Shown here in pieces: positions 30,301-40,900 of a stretch of DNA of 64,000 bases. Source of the DNA: Desulfomonilia bacterium (lineage in GTDB: Bacteria > Desulfobacterota > Desulfomonilia > UBA1062); contig JBEKDT010000008.1 in the NCBI GenBank assembly GCA_050014195.1, positions 128,001 through 192,000 of the forward strand, read 5' to 3'. Numbering within the stretch: the stretch's first letter is position 1; every line of letters begins with the position of its first letter. The notes beneath the pieces are model-generated. The model worked only from the letters and a program-made list of their open reading frames with translations, made no database searches and was not told the DNA's origin. The position numbers and the translations under genes are program-made.

Positions 30301-31079
30301 TTGAAGAGATCGACCCTATACTTGATTTTTTAACGCTTAAAAGTGATGAAGTATTAAGAGTGCTCAATGATGAACATCCATGCGATGATTTACCTGTATG
30401 GGAACACAAAAAACGCTTCGCACGCTATACAATAAGGCCATTAATAAAAAAAGATCAGAAATATATATGGGGTCCATATGCAACCCGTGGTGCAGGAATC
30501 ATCTGGTCAGGCTCTCCATCATCTGGTACTTTACCCATAGATATTGATAAGAAGAATATCGATCTCCTCATACAGAAATGGAAGCAACTTCTTGATAATG
30601 AGGTCGAAGTTAAAGCAGCCGAGATTGTAAAGAGATTCACGATGCATGTAATTCCTAGCGCAAAACTTCATCGTTTGGATAAGGCTGGTAATCATCCTAA
30701 GGATTTGGGAGATTATGACGTACTAGCATTTTACCCTCAAGCAAATACTATTCTCAATATTGAATGTAAAAATATTCTACCTGTCTATTGCATCAAGGAT
30801 GCGAAGACTCTGAGAGAAACAATTTTTGGAATACCGGGTAAAGATGAGGGGCATTTTCGTCAGATTAATAAACGACAGAAATATCTTATGGATCATTGGG
30901 CTACAATAGCAAGGGCTTTCAATTGGCCACTTGATCTAGAAAAACCCCCAAGAATTTTATCTCTATACGTGACACCGACTACATATTGGTGGACTCGATA
31001 TCCACCTCATAAAGTAAATACAACTTTTGTGCAAATTGAAATGCTAATGAACTTTATCGAAGGACTATCAGATAATTAA
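27309..31079 (+). CDS. Large hypothetical protein (1256 aa) with C-terminal PD-(D/E)XK nuclease-like motif; candidate defence gene
   Basis: Intact AT-rich ORF; GDYDVLAFY...ILNIECK followed by HFRQINKRQKYL; cargo position between xis and oriT. Confidence 0.75.
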   Translation: MTHPNDRTFADVIESIKNLYRGYSIEDIATTLFVSHLWLPNIASPVKHILFSMILCSLKPDEYAKTSAINNYSEFQEFLNKLYILAPDFIMLEDYVPELDWGEVKFQLNEKRYHIFYGCDLSNVFDYLTLFQILYEPVDQKYMELAHRSPMNELKSILSIQDQIITSISSQPDRNGLTVSPGETGIPSESFWNEAVHVYKLLNFEEIAGKDFLENFSIKSGELPPVILSEEKFGDAVADDRTFPNIFVELDGRHFLILPRRMSGVLFDTWGELLERYRASIIKQGRLLEVSVAGGFCRFVKERFSEEVSLLFVSARSGENTAHEIIFPVVIKSRDKLVLFYILPPSEDGEVITSLLADISPKLKEAIQFLKQPPTQLIMHLKNQLVEFRSDKEDDALTPELFILIPQTYTGPFLIKLKEEPPGRVQYMDSMLAILDELYKVDELSDFLEYLEEIEKSFMSPLTSLLDKFASYKDMHGVLIGGALTPNMVMIDPHWGSRFRYESLAKFWSLYPERGLFGNPRSWQIIKEGPRRIRLAARSYFGSTLHFKIGKVHAFFTAPFDKMSFEQGYISNFLMECAEDNLYQYKDVIGVHRVFEKNQEILVLFFPFSLVNMNTEFKHLWHLSAETTAWCADVSILDTLTIGVRIVFNEEIIRQSFLEIQDRSMEAALLLEIMRKIDSRCHDPKIKGIIDIIEKGKTGKPRFMFFTEKMPASFPELIKPCQPLPHHFKLAKKRLAELAMLAGLPEGKYDLATAKDKLNVLRKEVFTEINKIVKEFNFESSIPKIIGWADAILDRRERERMTIEHSLEHDVDYNREELYSKNEEDYLRIHRSYRYLIEKFVQLQPAGKQVISEEQACRLLAFIDWFFVIIQASDIIHYDINPVGLTIDQDFLIEVEYSEDINEKETQFAQEQAQLRLGIIGNTKDAIKYPKFIKEQMPELDEAFHKDYGFRFTNLISVMIMLTHWPEHAEAVVVAPSYSATKDEIAVVAQKAIDSIGIEEIDPILDFLTLKSDEVLRVLNDEHPCDDLPVWEHKKRFARYTIRPLIKKDQKYIWGPYATRGAGIIWSGSPSSGTLPIDIDKKNIDLLIQKWKQLLDNEVEVKAAEIVKRFTMHVIPSAKLHRLDKAGNHPKDLGDYDVLAFYPQANTILNIECKNILPVYCIKDAKTLRETIFGIPGKDEGHFRQINKRQKYLMDHWATIARAFNWPLDLEKPPRILSLYVTPTTYWWTRYPPHKVNTTFVQIEMLMNFIEGLSDN

Positions 31080-31320
31080 ACTCGGAATTGGGTCTCAAGG
31101 AATAGTAGTGGAGCAATAAAAGGAAATTAATTTTTCTGTTGTATCTCACATTCATAAATAATATAAGTACAAGTATTGAAATGTTTTAATTTGTGTGAGG
31201 TTGGATGTCAAACGAGAGCTTTCCATGGTTTTCCTTTATCCCGGTAGTACATCGGGACCTGATGTAAAGTACGAGGCTACCTCCATGCACGAGCAGACCG
31301 AAGGGCTAAATACTTTACGA

Positions 31321-31352
31321 AGGAAAGGCGCACTTCCGCGTCGGTACCGACG
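31321..31352 (-). promoter_or_regulatory. MOBQ-type origin of transfer (oriT)
   Basis: Minus strand: perfect palindrome CGTCGGTACCGACG followed by CGGAAGTGCGCCTT, resembling the TAAGTGCGCCCT nic core of RSF1010/pSC101/pTi oriTs; just upstream of the relaxase. Confidence 0.75.
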
Positions 31353-31388
31353 TGTGCGAGTGCTGAAGACATAAGCAGGATAAGGTAG

Positions 31389-34295
31389 ATGGCGAACTAT
31401 CACCTCACCATAAAGCATATCTCAAGATCGACAGGACGAAGCGCTGTTTCAGCGGCAGCGTACCGGTCACGAGAGAAGCTCTATGATGAACGGCAAGGCA
31501 TAACATTCGACTATACAAAGAAGAAAGACCTTGCCCATGCAGAAATAATCCTCCCGGAAAACGCTCCGGAGAGATGGAAAGACCGGGAGACCCTCTGGAA
31601 CGAAGTGGAGAGATCGGAAAAGAGAAAAGACTCCCGGCTTTCACGGGAAGTTGAAGTAGCCCTTCCCAAAGAACTGAACCTCGAACAGCAGATTGCACTG
31701 GTACGGGAATATGTACAGACCCAGTTCGTGGATAAGGGAATGGCAGCCGATATCTGCATTCATGAAAAAGAAAAGAACCCCCATGCCCATATCATGCTTA
31801 CCCTGAGAGAGATTTCAGAAGAAGGTTTTGGCAAAAAAGTGAGATCCTGGGATGATAAAATCAATATCTATACCTGGAGAGAACAATGGGCCGTCGTCCA
31901 GAACCGGCACCTGCTTCAAGCTGGTTATGACATTCAGGTTGACCACAGAAGCTTTGTAGATAGGGACATAGATCTTGAACCACAAATTAAAATCGGGATA
32001 GCAGCGAAATACCTACCCAAGGGATACCTCCACCTGCAAGACACACGAGGACTTGAACGCCTGGAAGAGTACCAGAGGATATGCCGGGAAAACGGAGACC
32101 GGATCATCAACGATCCCGGGAAGGCCCTCAAACATGTGGGACACTATGATGCAGTATTCAAACGGGAAGACATCATGGACTTTGCCTTCCGGCACAGCGC
32201 TGATGCAGATCAGTTCAACCGTGTTTTCTCTGCCCTTGAGAACTGCCAAGAGCTTGTCAGGGTCGGGAAAAACGAGAAGGGAGAAGACCTGTTCTGTACT
32301 CGCACCATGCTGATGAACGAGAAGACCATGCTCAATAATGCGAGAGCAATGAAATCTTCAGAAGGTCATATCCTTGAGAAGGATATTATCAACCAGATAG
32401 CCAAGAATTACACCATGAGTCAGGAACAGGAGAAAGCATTCAGAAACATGGTAGAGAGTGGAGATATCTCCGTCATGATCGGTCGTGCAGGAACAGGGAA
32501 AAGCTATACCCTCGGTGCAGTTAGGGAAGCCTATGAAGCAGGAGGATACCGGGTAAGAGGCCTTGCGCTTTCAGGCATCGCAGCAGAAAGCCTCCAGAAT
32601 GAAAGCGGCATAGAAAGCACAACCATCTTCAGACAATTGGAGGACTGGGAAAATGAGAGAAATGTACTCAGCAAAGACCAGATCCTGGTGATCGATGAAG
32701 CAGGTATGGTCGGCACCCGTCAGATGCATAAGATCTTAGAACACGCTCATGAAGCAGGAGCAAAAGTGATCCTGGTGGGAGACAATGAACAGCTCCAGTC
32801 AATCGAAGCCGGAGGATCGTTCCGAGGCATCATCCAGAGGACAGGGTACGTGGAACTTGCCGAAGTAAGAAGACAGCATGTTGAATGGCAGAAACAAGCA
32901 ACCGTAGAATTTTCCGGCAACAGTGAACAGGCGGAGAAAGCCTTAAGAATGTACCATCACCACGGACATATTCATGAACTCCAAACAAGACAAGAGGCAA
33001 AGGATCAGATGCTTGAAGAATGGGCTAATCTCCAGTTGAAACAGAAAAACCAAATGAGCCTTATGATGGCTTACACGAATAGGGATGTGAATGAATTGAA
33101 CCAGGGGGCGAGAGAACACAGGAAAACTCATGGAGAACTTCGAGGGTACGAACATACCTTCATGACCGAAAAAGGAGAGAGGCATTTCTGTGCAGGAGAT
33201 AGAATCATATTCCTGCGTAATGAGCATTCTCTCGGAGTAAGAAATGGTTCTCTCGGAACCGTTGAAAACATCAATCGGACAGCCATGACCGTCAAACTCG
33301 ATAAGGGCGACAGGGTCGCCATCGATACGAGCATGTACAAAGATTTTGACCACGGTTATGCAGCCACCGTGCATAAAACTCAAGGCTCAACTCTGGACCA
33401 AACCTTTGTTCTCGGCTCACGGCATTTTGATAAACATACTGCCTACGTTGCCATGAGTAGGCATAGAGAGAATGTGACCATGTACTATGCAAAGGAGGAT
33501 ATCAAAAACTTTGAGGACCTGCAGAAAGTCATGGGGAGAGAGCGACCAAAGATCCTGGTTGTGGACTATGGGCTGCCCAGAGGAATTGAGGTGGATAACA
33601 GAGTTATCGAAGCCGAGAGATTTCTGACTCATGAGGAGAGACGCATCCAGGAACAGGAACGGCAACGGCCAAGGGATGAAGAGAAATATGTCGCGCAAAT
33701 GAAAGAGAAGGGAATCCAGGTAGAATTCCCAAAGGATAAAACTGTTGAAGGGTATTATATTGGGATTCAGGAGGTCTCTGGCAGAAAGTACGCCATGATC
33801 GATACCCATGCCGTTACCGCAAAAGGAACCCGTTACATGGTGCCTTATGACTGTGACGAGCGGAAGGATGCAGTAATGAAATTCCGCCGCGTGGAATATG
33901 ACGGTCAGAAGATTGAAGAGATGTGGAAGAAGGATTTAGAAAAGGAGAGACAGCAAAAGCTCGCTCAACAAAATCGAGAACTGAAACACGAAAGAGAGCT
34001 CAATGCGTCAGAGATCCTCTACTGCCAGCAGATGAAGGACCGGGGCCTCCAAGCAGAATTTATAAATGAAAGATCAGTGGAAGGGTACTTTACCAAAATA
34101 GAAACGATTGGCGAGAACAAGTTTGCTGTGATCGAGAATAAAGGAACTCGGTATATGGTGCCCTACAATAACGAATATGATCATATGCAGATGCACCGCT
34201 ATGTAGCCTATAACGGACAAAATATGTCTCCTGCCAAACCGAAGAGCCCTGACCTTGCTCAAGATATCGGCAAAGGCCTGGGGCGTGAGAGATAG
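31389..34295 (+). CDS. traA: Ti-type conjugative relaxase-helicase TraA (MobA/MobL, MOBQ)
   Basis: SAVSAAAYRS, EVALPKEL, IH...NPHAH (HUH), VDHRS; helicase motifs GRAGTGKS, IDEAGM, VGDNEQL, YAATVHKTQG, YVAMSRHR. Confidence 0.93.
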   Translation: MANYHLTIKHISRSTGRSAVSAAAYRSREKLYDERQGITFDYTKKKDLAHAEIILPENAPERWKDRETLWNEVERSEKRKDSRLSREVEVALPKELNLEQQIALVREYVQTQFVDKGMAADICIHEKEKNPHAHIMLTLREISEEGFGKKVRSWDDKINIYTWREQWAVVQNRHLLQAGYDIQVDHRSFVDRDIDLEPQIKIGIAAKYLPKGYLHLQDTRGLERLEEYQRICRENGDRIINDPGKALKHVGHYDAVFKREDIMDFAFRHSADADQFNRVFSALENCQELVRVGKNEKGEDLFCTRTMLMNEKTMLNNARAMKSSEGHILEKDIINQIAKNYTMSQEQEKAFRNMVESGDISVMIGRAGTGKSYTLGAVREAYEAGGYRVRGLALSGIAAESLQNESGIESTTIFRQLEDWENERNVLSKDQILVIDEAGMVGTRQMHKILEHAHEAGAKVILVGDNEQLQSIEAGGSFRGIIQRTGYVELAEVRRQHVEWQKQATVEFSGNSEQAEKALRMYHHHGHIHELQTRQEAKDQMLEEWANLQLKQKNQMSLMMAYTNRDVNELNQGAREHRKTHGELRGYEHTFMTEKGERHFCAGDRIIFLRNEHSLGVRNGSLGTVENINRTAMTVKLDKGDRVAIDTSMYKDFDHGYAATVHKTQGSTLDQTFVLGSRHFDKHTAYVAMSRHRENVTMYYAKEDIKNFEDLQKVMGRERPKILVVDYGLPRGIEVDNRVIEAERFLTHEERRIQEQERQRPRDEEKYVAQMKEKGIQVEFPKDKTVEGYYIGIQEVSGRKYAMIDTHAVTAKGTRYMVPYDCDERKDAVMKFRRVEYDGQKIEEMWKKDLEKERQQKLAQQNRELKHERELNASEILYCQQMKDRGLQAEFINERSVEGYFTKIETIGENKFAVIENKGTRYMVPYNNEYDHMQMHRYVAYNGQNMSPAKPKSPDLAQDIGKGLGRER

Positions 34296-34796
34296 AAAAC
34301 CTCGGAAGATACGATCTTATCTTACAGCTATGATCTGCTGATGATACCTTTAAAACAACCTGACTTTCGCTATCCTCACGCTATATGTACCTTCTGAGAG
34401 AATAAACTTGTATAACGATATATGGAATCTGGGATCGAATAGCTTTGTATATAAATCTCTTTTGAGAACCTCGAATATTTAGAATACCTTGGATTCACCA
34501 GTTATCGAAGAGATCAACGGTATCAGAAAATCCTTAATGACCCCACTTCTCGCAGGATAGGTACGGCGGAAAAGGAGATCAGGAGCAACGTTACGGATAA
34601 TGAATACGCAAAAAAGATGACTTCTAACAAGAGCATTCATGCCTACAATGCACAGTATTCGATGGACTCCCGGCATCTGGTAATTGTGCATGCCAAGGCA
34701 TGCGAGAACGGGCAGTGACCATACTTTTCCCCGCGTAAATTTTTCCTGCCAGGGCATTATGGGTATTGAAGCACATTGATAAATTAGAAATGTATC

Positions 34797-34824
34797 TTGA
34801 CATTAATGAAGAGGATATTATTAT
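34797..34824 (+). promoter_or_regulatory. Putative sigma70 promoter of the RHS gene
   Basis: TTGACA-16 nt-TATTAT in AT-rich DNA about 135 nt upstream of the ATG. Confidence 0.45.
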
Positions 34825-34960
34825 GGAAAATAATACATATTTTATGTAATTTAATAGCCCCCTTTAAAACTTAATAAGTGTTAATCCTTTAGCTAAGTAT
34901 AGCTATGTGCAATTTTGCACCTGCTGAGTTTGTATGAGATAACTTATTGGGGGGGTGTAT

Positions 34961-37900
34961 ATGCTTCGCAGAGGTCAGGTATTTGGACTAATCGGCACTG
35001 TTCTTCTCTCAATATTCCTCGCCATCGGGCTTTTTGCCACGGGAGCAAATCAATTAGCAGGATATACACCGGGCTCTTTCCAGGTGAACGAGCTCAATGG
35101 AGCTGCAGAATATACTATCCCCATCAAGACTCCTGTTGGGATCAAGGGCATTGAGCCTCACTTAAGCCTGAAATACAGCAGCCAGTCCGGCAACGGCCTC
35201 CTCGGACTGGGGTGGTATCTGACAGGCATCCCTGTTATCACGAGAAGATCTACGGTAAACATGAGAGACGGAATCACCCATTCAGTCAGTTATGATACAA
35301 ACGACCGGTTCGCCATCAACGGCAACACCCTCATCTGCGTCTCAGGCACCTATGGGCAGGACGGTTCGGTTTACCGCACCGAGCGGGATGAGTTCTCAAA
35401 GATCATCTCTTATGGCACTGCAGGTGTAGGCCCTTCTTACTTTAAGGTATGGACGAAAGACGGCATGATCATGGAATTCGGCAACACCACAGACTCCAAG
35501 GTCTTGGCCGTTGGTCGCTCAGATGTTGCAGTATGGCCCATGAACAAGATCCAGGACCGATGCGGCAACTACATGACAGTAAGTTATTCAGGGAATTCAT
35601 CCGGAGAATATTACACCAGCTGTATCAATTATGCATATTCACCTACTGCAAGATGCTCCGTGGTGTTCCAATATGAAACACGGCAAGACAGTATGCTTTC
35701 ATATGCCAATTCTTCCCTCGTGAATATGACCGACCGCCTCCATGCAATCCAGACATATGTCGGTACCCAGATGATATCGAACTACCAGCTTGGTTACCAA
35801 TATGGCGGAGTCGCACAGAGAAGCAGGCTTATAAGCATCACGGAATACGATGGTAGTGGGAATAGCCTGCCGCCGACTACATTCACATACAATACAAACG
35901 TACTAGGATTTCAGCCGCAAATATTTGATGGTATCCCTTCCCATAATTACACTCTATCCAGTGCCCTGATAGGGGACTTTACCGGCAAAGGAAAGGCACA
36001 GCTCATAATCAGAATAAATAATATTCCCTTAGGAACATGTGATACATTCGTTTGTGTCGATGGTAAATGGAATAAATGGGCTACGGATAGCTGGCAGAAT
36101 AATCCGAATTCTCAATATGCTCAATTCTTTGTTGGGGATTTTAACGGTGATGGGCTGACGGACATGCTTGTCATAGATAACAATGGGAATGCCTGGGTCT
36201 ACCTATCAAATGGTAACGGGTTTAACGGGCCCTATCAATGGAGCACCGACGGGAAGATATTGCAGAATCCCAGCAGCGGAAATATGATCACCCGTACCGC
36301 GGATTTCAATGGCGATGGGATGACCGACATCGTCTCGGTAGATAAAGTGAATAAGAAGACCTATGTCTGGACCTCGAACGGGAGTGGTTTTGACTTTCAT
36401 CCGGATTGGTTTCCTGGGGATAATCCAGGAAATTATTCTAACTTTGATATAGGTGATTTCAATGGTGATGGGATGACGGATATTATTGTTGTCCAACAAA
36501 ACCCGGTAGTATGGTTTTCCACAGGAACTGGATTCAACTATCAACCAAACTATGGCAATTTAGGTCAATACGCTAATAACGGCTGGATGATATGGGATAT
36601 GAATGGTGATGGCAGAGCGGATGTTTGTTGCTTAACCAACAATAATCTGATCAACCTCTCTTCGGGATTCGGATTCCCATATTCATCTTCTTCAAACGGC
36701 CCTACCTATCATGATCAACAGGGAGATTTCAATGGTGATGGAGTACAGGATGGAATTGAAGTTGTTTCTGGCAATGTACTATGGGGTATCCCCAATAGTT
36801 ATAATGTATCCATCTGGAACGGGCATGGATATGTAGATTATCAGTGGACTGTTAACGGCATTCCTATAGCAACCACAGCAATCAGTCCTGCCGATTTCAC
36901 TGGCTGCGGGAAGGCTGAAGTATGTATCGAGGATGTCAATAATCGTTTTATCTTCATTGTTCCCCAAGATCCGACAAAGGAAGACATCATCACTTCCATA
37001 ACCGATGGCCTGGGAAAGGCAGTGTCCATCACCTACAAGCCCCTGACGGATTCCTCGGTATATCAGAAGAACCATGATGCCATGTATCCAATAATCAGGG
37101 ACTATCGGGGGCCCATATATGTTGTTTCCGATTACACGGTCTCGAATGGCCTCGGCGGGGTGAATGCCTACACTTACAACTATACAGGTGCCCGTATCGA
37201 TACTGCCCGGAGAGAGTTGCTGGGTTTCCAGAGTGCAACATTGTACGATCACCAGACCGGCCTTTATACAAGCAGTACCTATCTGCAGGGTTTCCCCTTC
37301 AGTGGCCTGCTGAAGTCCAAGTCAATTACCGATAGTAAAGGTAACATCATAAGCAGCATAGCGAATTCTTACAATGTCCAGTGCTATGACAGCGGGACTC
37401 TGACAGAGACTAAGAGCGAGGACCAAGCCACCGAATGGTTCATCTATGAGGGCCCCGATAAGCCTTCCAAAAGTTACTTCCCCTATGTATCCACAAGTGT
37501 GAAAGATGATTATCTCCTCACTAAGTCTGCAACGCCGGTAACCATAACAGAGGAGGTCTACAGCTATCTTGATTATGGGGATCTCCAGCAAAAAGTAACG
37601 ACTGTCTCAACGCTTGTCGGAAGTAATACATATGATAACTTCCAGGAAACGGATACCTACCAATATTACGCCAACGATTATGGTACGAACTGGATGATCG
37701 GCCTTGTGAGCCAGCAAACTATCCAGAGTACGAACAACCAGAATGTTACGGCTACGCGGACCACTTCTTATTCCTATGACACAACGCACCGCTTACTCAC
37801 CACTGAGACTATTGAGCCCAGTGGCGACCAGACAGTGAATCTTACGCGGAGTTATGCCTATAACGATGCCTACTTTAATCTCACCCAGATCACGGAGACA

Positions 37901-40900
37901 GGATACAATGGATCTGCAACGGAAAACCGGGTAACATCTTTCTCCTATACCTATGATCCCGTTGAATTCCACATCACAAAGACCAACCCGGCAGGGCTTG
38001 TGGAGATCAATGACTGTGGGTGGGAGACAGGCAAGCCGACGACCTATACCGACCCCAACGGTCTTGCGACCGACTGGTACTATGATAACTTCAACAGACT
38101 TGAAGAAATAGACCGGCCCGATGGCACCAAAACCACCTTTACCTATTCCTCTGGTGGCCCGGTTACAACCGCAGCTTACAGCCTTCAGGTCCAGGAGAGC
38201 GGGAAGGCCCCGGTAACAACCTCATTCGATTTACTGGATAGGGAGATCTATCAGCAGACATTGGCCATGAACAGCCAGACGATATCCAAATACACCAACT
38301 ATAACAATCTTGGTTTGGTTGCTGCCAAATCCCGATATTATTTTTCGGGAGGAAACGCCCAGGTGACCCAATTCACCTATGATGTGCTCGGCAGGGTGAT
38401 CCAGCAGAATGCCTACAACTCCGGCACCACTACCTATACATATAACCTGAACGGGTACAACAATGTTCAACTCACGAATGCACTGTCACAGACAGCGGTT
38501 CAGACTTCCAATGCCCGAGGGCAGCTGTCTCAAGTGGTCGATGCCCTAAGCAAGACGACCACTTATGCATATACACCCTTTGGGGATCTCCAGCAGATCA
38601 AAGATTCTTTAGGCAACACTACTACCCTCACATATGATATCAGGGGCAGGAGGACACAGGTAAATGATCCGGACATGGGTGCCTGGATCTATGCGTACAA
38701 TGCCTTTGGAGACCTCACAAGCCAGACGGATGCTAAAGCTAACATTGTCCAGATGACCTATGATAAACTATCTCGTGTTCTAACTAAAATCTCAGGCAGT
38801 CAGAATTATAGCTGGACATATGATACTGCCACAAACGGGAAAGGCATGCCTGCCAATGTCACCGGTCCTGCCTACCAGGAGACCTACACCTATGACAGTC
38901 TAGCCAGGCCGCAAAATGTCTCCACTACATTAAGCGGCACTACCTATACGGTGACGTCCTCTTATGATGCCTATAGCCGCTTGAGCCAGTTAACATATCC
39001 CAGTTCGGGGTCAAGCCGTTTCTCTGCGGTATACCAGTATACCGCTAATGGATACCTTCAAAAGGTGACTAGCTCTTCCGGTATAACAGTATACTGGACT
39101 GCGAATACACGCAATGCCCTGGGACAGGTGACGGAAGAGGCCCTTGGTAACAGCCTGGTAACCGACAATACATTTGATCCGGCAACAGGCCGTCTCACAG
39201 CCATTACAACAGGCTCCAGTGTCCAGTCACTCTCCTATACCTATGATACCCTGGGTAACCTTCTCACACGTGAAGATAACCTCAAGAGCCTTACCGAGAC
39301 CTTCACCTATGACGTGGCCAACCGGGTTACCGGTGTGACAGGGCCCCAGAACAAGACTTATAGTTACAATGAGATCGGAAACATCCTGAACAAGTCGGAC
39401 GTGGGTGCCTACACCTACGGCGGCACCAGGCCGCACGCAGTGACTGCGGCGGGCGGGGTGAATTACACCTATGACAACAACGGTAATATCATAAGCGACA
39501 GCTCAGGCCGGAATATCTCCTTCGACGGTTTCAACAGGCCGACCCAGATTACCAAGACAGGCGCCAGCGGGACGCTTGTCTATGATGCATACGACTGTCT
39601 CGTCGAGCAGATCCTTACTAAGGGCTCCACCACAACGACAACGATATACATCGGGAATCTCTTCGAGCAAGTGACAACCGGCTCCGTCACCGAATACAAA
39701 AATTATATTCTGGCGGAAGGCCAACAGGTAGCTACCTGTGACTACTATAAAGGTCAAGGGGATCACTATATTTTTTATCTCCATAAGGATCACCTGGGTT
39801 CAACGGATGTGACCACGAATTCAAGCGGCGGAGTGGTTGACGGCCTGAGCTACGACCCCTTCGGAATGAGGCGTAATGCCACAACTTGGATGGACCAGGC
39901 AGGGATCACTTGCTCTACCACGGATTACGGCTATACCGGTCACATTCAGCTCGACACCTTCGGCCTCATCCACATGGGCGCTCGCATCTACGACCCCAAG
40001 CTCGGCCGCTACATCAGCCCGGACAATGTCGTTCAGAATGTGGCGGATTCGCAGGCACTGAATAGGTACAGCTATTGTGCCAACAACCCGCTCAGATATG
40101 TTGATCCGACGGGGAACGATTTCTTGGATGATTTATATAATGGTGCCTGCGATTTATTTTCCAGTGGCTTAGATTACTTGGCCGCTGGTTTTGGAAGCCT
40201 TAATGAATATCTCACCAGTTTAATTACACCGCAACCAACCCTTGATCTCAACTCAACCTTGGGATTGAGCTCTAATTCAGCCTCTACAAACACCTCATTC
40301 TCATCGAATTTGCAGCAGGCTTTATCGAATGCGGCCGCACAAGCAATAGACTTAGGGCTGCAAGCTGCAACTACTGCTCCTTCACCGGAGCAATCAACTC
40401 AAAATGTGGCGGCTACTACAACAATTTCTACACAGGTGATACCGCCTCCACTATTGTTGGCTGCTGCTAATACCGGCATCGCGAATGATGCAAATCCTGC
40501 AATTTATATGAACCAAAGTGCGCAGATTGCGGAGAATCAACCAACTGGTACAATATTAGCTGATCAAGGTAGTAATTTAATAAATATAGCTGAGGGATTA
40601 TTGGGGCAACCATATAGTAAATACGATTGTTCACACCTTGTCTGGGCAGTAATTAACATGGCAGGTTATTATTTTCCATATACACAGACTACTAATCTAC
40701 CCAACAGTGGTCTAATAGATAAAATAGATCCGAGTCAAGCACAAATAGGGGATATAGAACTTTTTAGACATGCAGATGGAACGCCATATCACGAGGGATT
40801 CTACAATCCAAATTCTACCGCAATAGGATGGCAAGATAATGAGCAGTATCCTGCCACTTTATTACAGTCAAGCGCTAAAAGAGGTGTCTCCTATTCTCCT

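Noticed and set aside
34300-34790. Short ORFs between traA and the RHS gene, including 34479-34757
   Set aside because: No RBS, motif or consistent frame; possibly decayed sequence
34823-34852. dif-like ATGGAAAATAA-TACATATT-TTATGTAATTT upstream of the RHS gene
   Set aside because: Would neatly bracket the toxin cassette, but lies in very AT-rich promoter DNA with an 8-bp spacer, so chance cannot be excluded; revisit if the fold-back sites are confirmed
35970-36910. Recurring GATTT(C/T)AA(T/C)GG(T/C)GATGG DNA repeats
   Set aside because: Explained by FG-GAP protein repeats (DFNGDG) within the RHS gene
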